DNA from: Planctomycetota bacterium
GTDB taxonomy: Bacteria > Planctomycetota > GCA-002687715 > CAIWVZ01
Reading direction: 5' to 3'
DNA: 64,000 bases
Assembly: GCA_044222185.1 (NCBI GenBank)
Contig: JBGANV010000006.1
Coordinates: 224,001 to 288,000, forward strand
Numbering within the stretch: position 1 is the first letter of the stretch; every line of letters starts with the position of its first letter. The notes under the pieces are model-generated. The model saw only the letters and a list, made by a program, of their open reading frames with translations, did not search any database and was not told where the DNA came from. Shown piece after piece: positions 46,705 to 55,316 of this stretch. The position numbers and the translations under genes were made by a program.

Positions 46705-48006
46705 ATGCAACGATCACCGACCGTTCGCCTCTCGATCATGATGTTCCTGCAGTACGCCGTGTGGGGGGCGTGGCTTCCGACGGCCGGCCTGTATCTCACG
46801 TCGCCCAAGGCGTCGGGGGGACTTGGATTCGAGCAGGGCGACCTGGGGATGATCCTGGGGATTGCAGGGGCGATCGGGGCCATCGCCGCGCCTTTCATCG
46901 CAGGACAGTTCGCCGACCGGTACTTCGCGACCGAGCGGTTCATGGCCGTCGTCCTGGCTCTCGGTGGCGTCGTGAACTGGGTCCTCGCGTCCCAGACCTC
47001 GGTGTCGTCGTGGCTGTGGCTGTCGGTCGTCTACAGCGTCCTCTACATGCCGACGCTGGCGCTGTCGAACTCGATGGCCTTCGCCAATCTGACGGACTCG
47101 GAGCGGGACTTCCCCAAGGTCCGCATCTGGGGAACGATCGGCTGGATCGCAGCGAGCTGGGCATTCCCCATGATCTGGATGCAGACGGGGCTCCACGGCC
47201 AGGCCCTGCCGCCGTTCATCAAAGGCGTCGATCGCCCGGACGCGATCGCGCAGATCGCCAACTCGCTTCGCTTCTCGGGCGGCCTGGCCCTGTTCTATGC
47301 CGTGTTCTGTCTGGCGCTCCCACACACTCCGCCCAAGCGCGACGCCGTCGAGCCGTTGGCGTTCAAGCGAGCCTTGGGGTTGCTCGCGCGCCCGTCGTTC
47401 GCGGTCCTCGTCGCGACGAGTCTCCTCATCAGCGTCATCCACAACATCTACTTCATGCAGACGAGCTCGTTCCTCCCGACGCTCGGCCTGGACAAGGGCA
47501 CCGTCGGACCGGCGATGACGATCGGGCAGTTCGCGGAGATCGGCGTCATGGCGCTGCTGGGGATGATGCTCAAGCGGCTCGGAGCGAAGGGGGTCATCGC
47601 GATCGGGATCGGTGCCTACGTCCTGCGCTACGCGATCTGGTCGCAGACCTCGTTGCCGATGGAGATCCTCGTCGCCAGCCAAGCGCTGCACGGCGTGTGC
47701 TACGCGTGCTTCTTCGCTGCCGCGTACATCTACGTCGACCGCATCGCGCCGGTGGACGTGCGACACTCCGCGCAAACCGTGTTCGGCATCCTCATTCTGG
47801 GTGCGGGCCCCGTCGTCGGTGGCTGGTTGAATGGCAAGCTCGCGGGCCAGTATCCGGCTGCGGGTGTCGAGGGTGCAACGCAGGCCATCGATTACTCACC
47901 GTTCTGGCTCTTTCTCGCGGGGATTGCTGCCTTCGCGTTCCTGTTCTTCCTCCTCCTTTTTCGCGACGAATCGCAGCCCGCTTCCGACACGTCCGCGCCT
48001 GCGTGA
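46705..48006 (+). CDS. MFS transporter, nucleoside:H+ symporter (NupG/YegT) family
   Basis: 'RLSIMMFLQYAVWGAW', 'GQFADRYF..ER', 'YMPTLALSNS', 'FPKVRIWGTIGWI', 'LHGVCY'; alternative ATG at 46693. Confidence 0.88.
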   Translation: MQRSPTVRLSIMMFLQYAVWGAWLPTAGLYLTSPKASGGLGFEQGDLGMILGIAGAIGAIAAPFIAGQFADRYFATERFMAVVLALGGVVNWVLASQTSVSSWLWLSVVYSVLYMPTLALSNSMAFANLTDSERDFPKVRIWGTIGWIAASWAFPMIWMQTGLHGQALPPFIKGVDRPDAIAQIANSLRFSGGLALFYAVFCLALPHTPPKRDAVEPLAFKRALGLLARPSFAVLVATSLLISVIHNIYFMQTSSFLPTLGLDKGTVGPAMTIGQFAEIGVMALLGMMLKRLGAKGVIAIGIGAYVLRYAIWSQTSLPMEILVASQALHGVCYACFFAAAYIYVDRIAPVDVRHSAQTVFGILILGAGPVVGGWLNGKLAGQYPAAGVEGATQAIDYSPFWLFLAGIAAFAFLFFLLLFRDESQPASDTSAPA

Positions 48007-48206
48007 ATCCGACCGCGGACGTCGGGTTTCTCGCGGCCCTGCGCGCCGCAGCGGTTCGGAATCACATCCTGGAAGAACGCCGCGACGTGCGCCGTCCAAG
48101 CACGTCGATACCTTCAAGACACATTCCGTGATTCGCCGATGATGCGGGAACCAGGCAATGGTTTCACGGCTGTGGCGCGGCTCCGTCGCCACGGGAGGCG
48201 GTCACG

Positions 48207-49331
48207 ATGTTCACGTTCTTTCGACGACTGAAGGATTCTTGCGACGTCCTGCGCCTTCGACGAAAGGCGCGTCGCAATCCGGCGCCGAGGACCGTGATCG
48301 ACCTCTGCCGCGGCCTCGACCGCGCAGGACGTGGCGCCGAAGCGCTCGACGTGGCGCGGATGGGTGCGGCGAGATTCCCGCATTCCATCGAGCTCGAAGA
48401 CGTCCTACGCGAGGCTTGGGCCCGTCACGGGGCGGTTGCCGTCGCCATCCTGAAGGCCAAGGCGCAGACGATGCCGACGACGGCGGCCTTCGAGGTCCTC
48501 GTGCGCGCCGAGATCGACGCGGGTCTCGTGGAAGACGCGATCGCCGACGCGGTGCGGATGGTCGAACAGTTTCCCGATCAGGCACGATCGCACGCCATGG
48601 TCGGCTTCGCCTTCCAGGCCCGCTTCCGGCGGGAGCATCTGTCGAAAGACGGTGAGCGTGCGCTCGCGGCGTTCAAGCGGGCGACGGAGATGGATCGCAC
48701 GTCGTTCGAGGCGCGCCGAGCCCTCGCCGCCGCGTACGCTCACATCGGCGCGACGAGCCAGGCCATGTTCCACCTGCTGCTCGCGCTCGAGCAGCGTTCG
48801 ACGGACCCCGAATTGCGCGCGCTGTTCCTCCAACTCAAAGGCAAGCCGTTCGAGAGGCGGCCGGAAAACGAGCTCCTCTGGGAAGCCGAGGTGCTCGACG
48901 AGTCGCGATTGGATCATCGCAGTCTCGCACTCGACGCGGAGCAGCTGTCGGAGGTCACGAGCTGCATCGCGAAGACGACCGCGATCGACGGCGTGAAGAG
49001 CATCGCTCTGTGCCACCACAAGCTCGAGATCGTCGCCGACGCGCGACACGCGCCGCGCAGGGTGGACGGGCGAGGTGACCGCCACGTCGAGATGGCGCAC
49101 ACGTTGCGCCAGGCCGCATCGACGGCGGCGAAGCGACTCGGATTCGGAGCCTTCCACGAACTCGACATGACGATGCAGGGACGCCGACTCGTAGCGCTTG
49201 GTGCCGGCCCGACCGTCGTCATGCTCGAACTCGATCCGCGCGCTGCGGCGGATGCCGTCATCGATGGCATGCGGGACGACCTGGGACGGTGGACTGCGGA
49301 TGCGCACCGGGCCATGGAATGGGGCCGCTGA
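48207..49331 (+). CDS. TPR-repeat protein with C-terminal Roadblock/LC7 (MglB-like) domain
   Basis: GGAGG RBS; TPR-like helices 'ALAAFKRATEMDRTSFEARRALAAAYAHIG...AMFHLLLALEQ'; tail 'IDGVKSIAL...AAKRLGFGAFHELDMTMQGRRLVAL'. Confidence 0.65.
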   Translation: MFTFFRRLKDSCDVLRLRRKARRNPAPRTVIDLCRGLDRAGRGAEALDVARMGAARFPHSIELEDVLREAWARHGAVAVAILKAKAQTMPTTAAFEVLVRAEIDAGLVEDAIADAVRMVEQFPDQARSHAMVGFAFQARFRREHLSKDGERALAAFKRATEMDRTSFEARRALAAAYAHIGATSQAMFHLLLALEQRSTDPELRALFLQLKGKPFERRPENELLWEAEVLDESRLDHRSLALDAEQLSEVTSCIAKTTAIDGVKSIALCHHKLEIVADARHAPRRVDGRGDRHVEMAHTLRQAASTAAKRLGFGAFHELDMTMQGRRLVALGAGPTVVMLELDPRAAADAVIDGMRDDLGRWTADAHRAMEWGR

Positions 49332-49505
49332 AAGTCCGATGACGTCGATCCTCCCGTCGCGCCAGGCGCGCTGACGAGCCCGTCTGCAACTCCTTCGGCG
49401 GCAGCGCCGACCGCGGATTGGAAAAAACCCGCGAGTGCCCCGACACCGCTGCCCGATCCGCGCACTTCACACACCGTTGGCGCGGCGCCGCAGCGCAGAA
49501 TCCTC

Positions 49506-49534
49506 TTGCACTTTCCGGAGGCCCTCCCTACGCT
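49506..49534 (+). promoter_or_regulatory. Putative sigma70 promoter for the paralog pair
   Basis: TTGCAC-N17-TACGCT, about 170 nt upstream of ATG 49707. Confidence 0.55.
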
Positions 49535-49706
49535 CACGCCAAGTCCCGCGGGAATCACGTCGTCGTGAGCGCCGCGGCGTTGGCCTGCTGCGTGCAGGCG
49601 GTGAAGCGTGCGTCGTTCTCCCGGTGAAGCGTTCGATCGATCGACCGTCGTGTGCCCCGCCATCGGCGTGCCGATCGACGTCCATGAGGAGCGTCGAGAC
49701 AGCAAC

Positions 49707-51434
49707 ATGAAGCGTCACACATCATTTGCCGTTGTCGCGATCGTCGTCGGATTCCTACTCCCGACATCCGCCCTCGCCCAGGTGCAGTGCTCACAGACGC
49801 TGCCGAACGGATACATGAACGTGGACGGACCCACGTTCCTCGGGAACCCGTTCAACTCGACCTCGGCCCAGAAGTGGCAATGGGTGTACGACTCCTCGCA
49901 CTTCCTCGCGCAGGGGCCAATCACCATCACGGATATCGCGGTGCGCCCCACGTCACCCACGGTGACAGCAGCCGCGACGACGTTCTCGAGCTTCAAGGTC
50001 CGGCTGGGATCGAGCCCGAACAACTACACGCTCGCCTCGCAGAGCGCCACGTTCGCGAACAACCTCACGACCAACCAGGTGCTCGCCTACAACGGCGTTT
50101 GGAGTACGGGAGTGATCACGGCATCGGCGGGAACGACGGCCAACTGGATCCAGTTCGGCCTCACGACGCCGTTCACGTTCAACCCCGGCTTGGGACAGGA
50201 CCTCGTCGTCCAGGTCGAGAAGTGCTCGAGCGCTTCGGCGCAATTCCAGCTCGATGCCATCAGCGGGGCCTCGGGGACGGTCGGCGGCAACTCCTACGGA
50301 AACACCTCGGCATGCACCGCGGCGTCGCGCAGCACGTCCTACAACGAAACGTGCCCGATCATCAAAGTCGACTACTCGCAGAACCTGACGCCGAATTGGC
50401 AGCTCAATTCGCCCCAGTGCGACATGAACATCAACGGCGTGCAGAATTCCGCGTGCTCGGGTGGTCCCATTGCCGTGAACATCTGCCCCGGCCAGTCCGG
50501 CACGGTGAACCTCTCGACGTCGTTGACGTTCCCGCCGTTCGACCTGCTGGTGACGTTGGGGCAGCCGGTTCCGTTGGGCGGCGGTGGATTCACGACGACG
50601 CACGGCCAGATCGTCAACATGAACCTCGCGGATCCGACGCTGTTCCTGCTGAACGGTGGGGCGTTCCAGCCGCTCCCAAGCTTCTCGTTGCCGGTGACCC
50701 TGGCGGCCGTCGGCGGGTTCTCCGCGCAGATGATCGTTCTCGATGCGACCCATCCGGACTCCTTCCGTCTGTCCGCGGCGAATCGCCTCGCCGCAGTGGC
50801 CCCGTTCGTCGCGGGCCCCGTTGGTGACGACACCTACGTCTCCGTCGTGACGGGCGGACCGGCCGTCTGCGGGCCAGCGTCGTTCACCTACTACGGCGTC
50901 GCGTACACCACCGTCAACGTCCAGTCGAACGGACGGCTGATGTGGGGTGGCGCCGGGATCACGAACGACATCACGCCCAGCAACACGTTGGCGCTCACCC
51001 AGAATCCGGCTGCGGGCGCGTGGGTCGACCTGTCGCCGCCGGCTGGCGGTTTGATCACGATCAACTCGCCCGGTCCCGGGCTGTTGCGTGCGAGCTGGTC
51101 GAGTGTGCCGTACTTCAATCAGCAGGCACTCGTGACGAACTGGTACATCGAGCTCGATGCGACGACCGGTGCGATCACGATCTCGGGACTCGCGAACTTC
51201 CCCGTGCACCCGACGGCCGCGAACATGTGGCTCGGCGTGAGCGCAGGCCAGTTCGGGCCGGCGACCGATGGTGGCGCGATCACCTATGCGCTCGGCGGCC
51301 CCACGGCGGGCCCACCGGGGCTGCTCGACATGGTCTATGCCTACGGACCGACGGGCACACTCACCCCGGGTATCAACACGCTCATCTTCACGCCCAACGG
51401 GTTGGGCAACTACAACTACACGGCGCTGCCGTGA
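49707..51434 (+). CDS. Secreted three-domain protein, paralog 2 of 3
   Basis: Signal peptide ALA|Q; 'TLPNGY..VDGP..LGNPFN...QKWQWVYDSSHF'; 'YYGVAY..VNVQSNGRLM'; ends 'FTPNGLGNYNYTALP'. Confidence 0.8.
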   Translation: MKRHTSFAVVAIVVGFLLPTSALAQVQCSQTLPNGYMNVDGPTFLGNPFNSTSAQKWQWVYDSSHFLAQGPITITDIAVRPTSPTVTAAATTFSSFKVRLGSSPNNYTLASQSATFANNLTTNQVLAYNGVWSTGVITASAGTTANWIQFGLTTPFTFNPGLGQDLVVQVEKCSSASAQFQLDAISGASGTVGGNSYGNTSACTAASRSTSYNETCPIIKVDYSQNLTPNWQLNSPQCDMNINGVQNSACSGGPIAVNICPGQSGTVNLSTSLTFPPFDLLVTLGQPVPLGGGGFTTTHGQIVNMNLADPTLFLLNGGAFQPLPSFSLPVTLAAVGGFSAQMIVLDATHPDSFRLSAANRLAAVAPFVAGPVGDDTYVSVVTGGPAVCGPASFTYYGVAYTTVNVQSNGRLMWGGAGITNDITPSNTLALTQNPAAGAWVDLSPPAGGLITINSPGPGLLRASWSSVPYFNQQALVTNWYIELDATTGAITISGLANFPVHPTAANMWLGVSAGQFGPATDGGAITYALGGPTAGPPGLLDMVYAYGPTGTLTPGINTLIFTPNGLGNYNYTALP

Positions 51435-51441
51435 GACGCTT

Positions 51442-51462
51442 CGGCCGCGAGGTTCGCGGCCG
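51442..51462 (+). terminator. Hairpin just after the paralog 2 stop
   Basis: CGGCCGCGA-ggt-TCGCGGCCG, 9 bp stem, weak U-tract. Confidence 0.45.
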
Positions 51463-51599
51463 GTGGTTCCCATAACGGAGTGCTTTTGCTTTTGGTGTTT
51501 CCTGCGCAGTGGCGTGATGGCCGGCAACATGGATCCCCATCCAGTTGGCGTGTCGCAACGGCTCGCAGGTTTGTGAGATGTGTGGAGGTCAACAGGATC

Positions 51600-53360
51600 A
51601 TGAAGGTTCAGAATTTGGCGCTCGTTGCCGTCGCGACCCTCGCGGTTGCCGGCGGAGTCTTCGGACAGTGCGTCGAGCAGAGTCTGCCGGCGGGGTATGA
51701 GACGTACACCGCGAACTACATCACGGGGACGCCGTTCGGCGGCACGGCCGATCAGCACGTGCAGTTCATCTGCGATTCGTCAGAGTTCGCGGCCAGCGGC
51801 CCGGTCGTGATCAAGGAGGTCTACGTCCGCGTGTTCGATGCGAACACGGGCGGTTTCTATCCGAGCGTCGAAGTGAGCCTCGCTTCGGCCGTGAACGACT
51901 ACGACAACACGGCGGCGAACATGCTCAGTTTCGCGGGCAACATGGGGCCCGACCTGACGCTGGTCCGCCCGGCGGCAGCGTTCAACCCTGGTCCGCAGCC
52001 CGGCCAGCGTTTCGTTCCGCTCGGGATCCAGAACACCTTCATCTACAACCCGACGCTCGGCAACGACTTCCTCGTCGACATCAAGCGTTGCGGCGCCGGC
52101 ACTCCGTGGACGCACCCGACGTTCGCCGGCAACGTCCTCGACGCGAAGGGCCCGACGACTCCGATCCGCATGCGCCGCTACAGCCTCACGGCGACGACGG
52201 CCTGCACGACGGGCTTGGCTCCGACGACGAACCAGAGCGACTTCTGCGCCGTCCTCCTCGTCTCCTACTACCCGGTCGGCAGCCCGCAGGCCGAGTGGCA
52301 GGTCAACACGGCGAACGCCAGCTTCGACCTCGATGGCAACGGCTTCAACCGTCCCTGCGGCGGCGCCATCGACGTGACCCGGTACTCGAACCAGCCGATC
52401 AATGCGAACCTCAACAGCGCGCTCCTCGGCAACCCGTGGGATCTGGCGTTCGGGTTCGGCTTCGGCGTCCCGGCCAGCGCCGGCGGATTCACGCTCGCGA
52501 ACGGCGATGTGGTGAACGTCGACCTGCTCTCGGCCCCGAGCTTCCTGCTCGGCCTCACATTTGCCGTCCCGTTCTCGGCGACGACCTTGCCTTTCGCCCT
52601 CCCGGCGCCGATCACGCTCGACCTCTATGCGCAGATGGTGATGCTGAACCCGGCAACGGCCGGCGGATTCAATCTCAGCGCCCTCACGCAGCTCCACCTG
52701 CAACCGTCGCAGGCAGTGTTCCCGGGACCGGCCGGCGATGACGAAGCGCTGAGCGTTCCGCTCTGGGCCGTCGGTGGCGCTCCGCTGTCGATCCCGTTCT
52801 ATGGCGTGAACTACAACACGTTCAACTTGATCTCGAACGGCCGCATCATGTTCGGCACGCCGAACACGAACTGCTGCCCGGGCACGACGCAGGCGACTGC
52901 GGCGACGGCCGCGCTCGCGGATTCGGCGTTCGCTGCCGTCGCGTGGTGTGACATGAACCCGTCGATCGGCGGGAACATCACGGTGACGAGCCCGGGTGCG
53001 GGCCAGGTTGCCGCGCACTGGTCGAACGTTCCGTACTTCGGGAACCCGACGACGTCGAACACGTTCGACCTCATCGTGGATGCCGTGGCGAACACCGTGC
53101 AGTTCAACTACACGGCGTTGCAGGCGTTCCCGTCGGCCCCGAGCACCTCGCCAGAGCAGTTCATCGGCGTGTCGGCCGGTGTGGGCGTGGCGACGGACCA
53201 GGGCGCGACCACGTTCGCCGTCGGCGGACCGATCACCGGCCCGGCCAACAACGGCATGGTCTATCAGTGGGCGGTGAACGGCCCGACGATCACCGGCATC
53301 CAGTCGATCATCTTCACGTGGAACACCGTGTCGAATCAGTACGACTGGGTTGCGTTCTGA
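51600..53360 (+). CDS. Secreted three-domain protein, paralog 3 of 3
   Basis: Signal peptide VFG|Q; 'SLPAGY...GTPF...VQFICDSSEF'; 'EWQVN...FDLDG'; 'IPFYGVNYNTFNLISNGRIMFG'; 'AWCDMNP'; ends 'NQYDWVAF'. Confidence 0.8.
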   Translation: MKVQNLALVAVATLAVAGGVFGQCVEQSLPAGYETYTANYITGTPFGGTADQHVQFICDSSEFAASGPVVIKEVYVRVFDANTGGFYPSVEVSLASAVNDYDNTAANMLSFAGNMGPDLTLVRPAAAFNPGPQPGQRFVPLGIQNTFIYNPTLGNDFLVDIKRCGAGTPWTHPTFAGNVLDAKGPTTPIRMRRYSLTATTACTTGLAPTTNQSDFCAVLLVSYYPVGSPQAEWQVNTANASFDLDGNGFNRPCGGAIDVTRYSNQPINANLNSALLGNPWDLAFGFGFGVPASAGGFTLANGDVVNVDLLSAPSFLLGLTFAVPFSATTLPFALPAPITLDLYAQMVMLNPATAGGFNLSALTQLHLQPSQAVFPGPAGDDEALSVPLWAVGGAPLSIPFYGVNYNTFNLISNGRIMFGTPNTNCCPGTTQATAATAALADSAFAAVAWCDMNPSIGGNITVTSPGAGQVAAHWSNVPYFGNPTTSNTFDLIVDAVANTVQFNYTALQAFPSAPSTSPEQFIGVSAGVGVATDQGATTFAVGGPITGPANNGMVYQWAVNGPTITGIQSIIFTWNTVSNQYDWVAF

Positions 53361-53652
53361 TCTGAACTGATCGCGGTTGGGTCGACGGCGCTGCCGTCGG
53401 CCTGGGCTCGGGCGCGCGCGTTCGCCGCGCCGCCGGCCCATCGAACGACCGCGGGCGACGGGTCGATCTCATCGACGCGTCTTCGCGGTAAGCGCATGCG
53501 ATACCGGGATGGGTGTCGCGACTGTGGTCGAGAAGCGTGTTCTTGCCTCAGTGAACCTCCTGACGGCCGTGACGGCGTGTTGCCGGCGCGGCCGTCGCCT
53601 TTCGATGGAGGTTCGTTCCGCGAGCGTGTGCGGCGCCCGAACTCCGCCGCGG

Positions 53653-54225
53653 TCACTCCGCGGGATCTTCTTCCTTCACCGGCATCACGACGACGACTCC
53701 GACGACGCGGTCGTACCACGTCTGCGCGAGCCGCGAGCGGTTCATGTCCAGCGTGACGAGCAAGGGGACGACGATCACCGCATACTCCGTCGTCATTGCG
53801 ACCACGAGATGTGCGACGCGGAGAAGCTCGCGCCCGAGCGCCGCTCGGTATCGGGGGAAATCGCCCGTCCCGACCTCGCGGACCGACAAGTGGAACATCG
53901 CCTTGCCGGGGGTCGAGCCGTGACGCGCGACCTGCGCCGCGAAGGCGAAGGGAACCAGGAGAACGGTGACGGCTGCCGCCAGGAGCCCGGGCACGAGTTC
54001 CACGGGGACCTGGGGCGTTTCATCCGCCGCCAGCGGGCGATCGTCGTCCGTCGCAGGCGGATCGGTGAGGAGGCTGCGGATCTGCGGCAGCCCGCGGCCG
54101 GACACGAGCATGAGAGCCAGCAGGGCGGCACAGAGCAGCAGCGTTCCGTCGATGGCGAGGGCCATCAAGCGGGGGATCGGGCCGGCGGGCCTGACCTGCG
54201 TCGAGGTTGTGGAGGATGCGTTCAA
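53653..54225 (-). CDS. RDD family membrane protein
   Basis: 'RLMALAIDG', 'GSTPGKAMFHLSV', 'QTWYDRVVGVVVV'; overlaps the ispH stop. Confidence 0.8.
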   Translation of the reverse strand: MNASSTTSTQVRPAGPIPRLMALAIDGTLLLCAALLALMLVSGRGLPQIRSLLTDPPATDDDRPLAADETPQVPVELVPGLLAAAVTVLLVPFAFAAQVARHGSTPGKAMFHLSVREVGTGDFPRYRAALGRELLRVAHLVVAMTTEYAVIVVPLLVTLDMNRSRLAQTWYDRVVGVVVVMPVKEEDPAE

Positions 54226-55157
54226 GCGTGGGCGTCGGCGAGTTCCGAGGGAAGTGGGAAGTGCACGTTTTCCTCGATCACGACGCGTTCTTCAACGTCG
54301 TCCACACCAAACCGCGCTCGTAGCTCGTCGACGACTCCCGCCACGAGATGCTCTGGGGCCGACGCCCCGGACGAGACGCCGACGCACCCCACGTCGGAGA
54401 ACCAGCGGGCGTCGATCGCCGTGCGATCCTCGATGAGGTAGGCGCGAGCGCCCGCGGCGGCGGCGACCTCTTGCAGGCGCCTGCTGTTCGAGCTGTTCGC
54501 CGAACCGATCACGAGGATCACCTGTGCCTCCTGCGCGAGCAGGCGCACGGCGGCCTGTCGGTTCTGCGTCGCGTAGCAGATGTCGTCACTGGCGGGGACG
54601 CGCGCCGATGGGAAACGTCGCCGGATCGCGTCGATCACGACGGCCGCTTCGTCCACCGAAAGCGTCGTCTGCGTCGCGATCGCCAACGGCGTGTCCGCGG
54701 GCAGCTGAAGTCGATCCACGTCCGCCACGTTGGAGACGACCAGCGTGTCGTTCGGGGCCTCGCCGACGACGCCCTCGACTTCCTCGTGGCCGTCGTGACC
54801 GATGAGCAGGATCGTGAACCGATCACGGGCGAAGCGCTGGACTTCCAGGTGAACCTTCGTGACGAGCGGGCACGTGGCGTCGATCACGCGCAAGCCGCGC
54901 ACCTCGGCCTCGGCGCGGACCGCAGGAGCGACTCCGTGCGCGGCGAACACCGTCACGGAGCCGGGCGGGATCTCATCCAGCCCGTCGACGAACACGGCGC
55001 CGGCCTGGGCGAGTTCAGCGACGACGGCGCGGTTGTGCACGATCTCCTTCCGCACGTAGACCGGCGGCCCGAAGCGGTCGAGCGTTCGCCTGACGATTTC
55101 GACGGCGCGCTCGACGCCAGCGCAGAACCCGCGCGGTCTTGCCAGCAGGATCTTCAT
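54222..55157 (-). CDS. ispH: 4-hydroxy-3-methylbut-2-enyl diphosphate reductase
   Basis: 'PRGFCAGVERA', 'EIVHN', 'AHGV', 'IDATCPLVTKVH', 'DICYATQNRQ', 'NSSNS', 'GASAPE'. Confidence 0.97.
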   Translation of the reverse strand: MKILLARPRGFCAGVERAVEIVRRTLDRFGPPVYVRKEIVHNRAVVAELAQAGAVFVDGLDEIPPGSVTVFAAHGVAPAVRAEAEVRGLRVIDATCPLVTKVHLEVQRFARDRFTILLIGHDGHEEVEGVVGEAPNDTLVVSNVADVDRLQLPADTPLAIATQTTLSVDEAAVVIDAIRRRFPSARVPASDDICYATQNRQAAVRLLAQEAQVILVIGSANSSNSRRLQEVAAAAGARAYLIEDRTAIDARWFSDVGCVGVSSGASAPEHLVAGVVDELRARFGVDDVEERVVIEENVHFPLPSELADAHA

Positions 55158-55316
55158 CTTCGGTGGCGGGCGCCAGCCGTTACGGGTGATCCCTCATCCG
55201 GGCATCCTGGGGGAGTCGTCAGACGGCCCGCCGTGCCGTGTGCGACCTCGACGGCTTGACGGACGCCGTTCGGGGCGGACGATGGGGAGCGAAACGCGCT
55301 TTGCGGAAGAAGAGCC

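Noticed and set aside
48114-48142. Sigma28 promoter (TCAAG...GCCGATGA) before the TPR-roadblock gene
   Set aside because: The -10 match is good but the spacing is about 2 nt longer than the FliA consensus; not supportable without TSS data.
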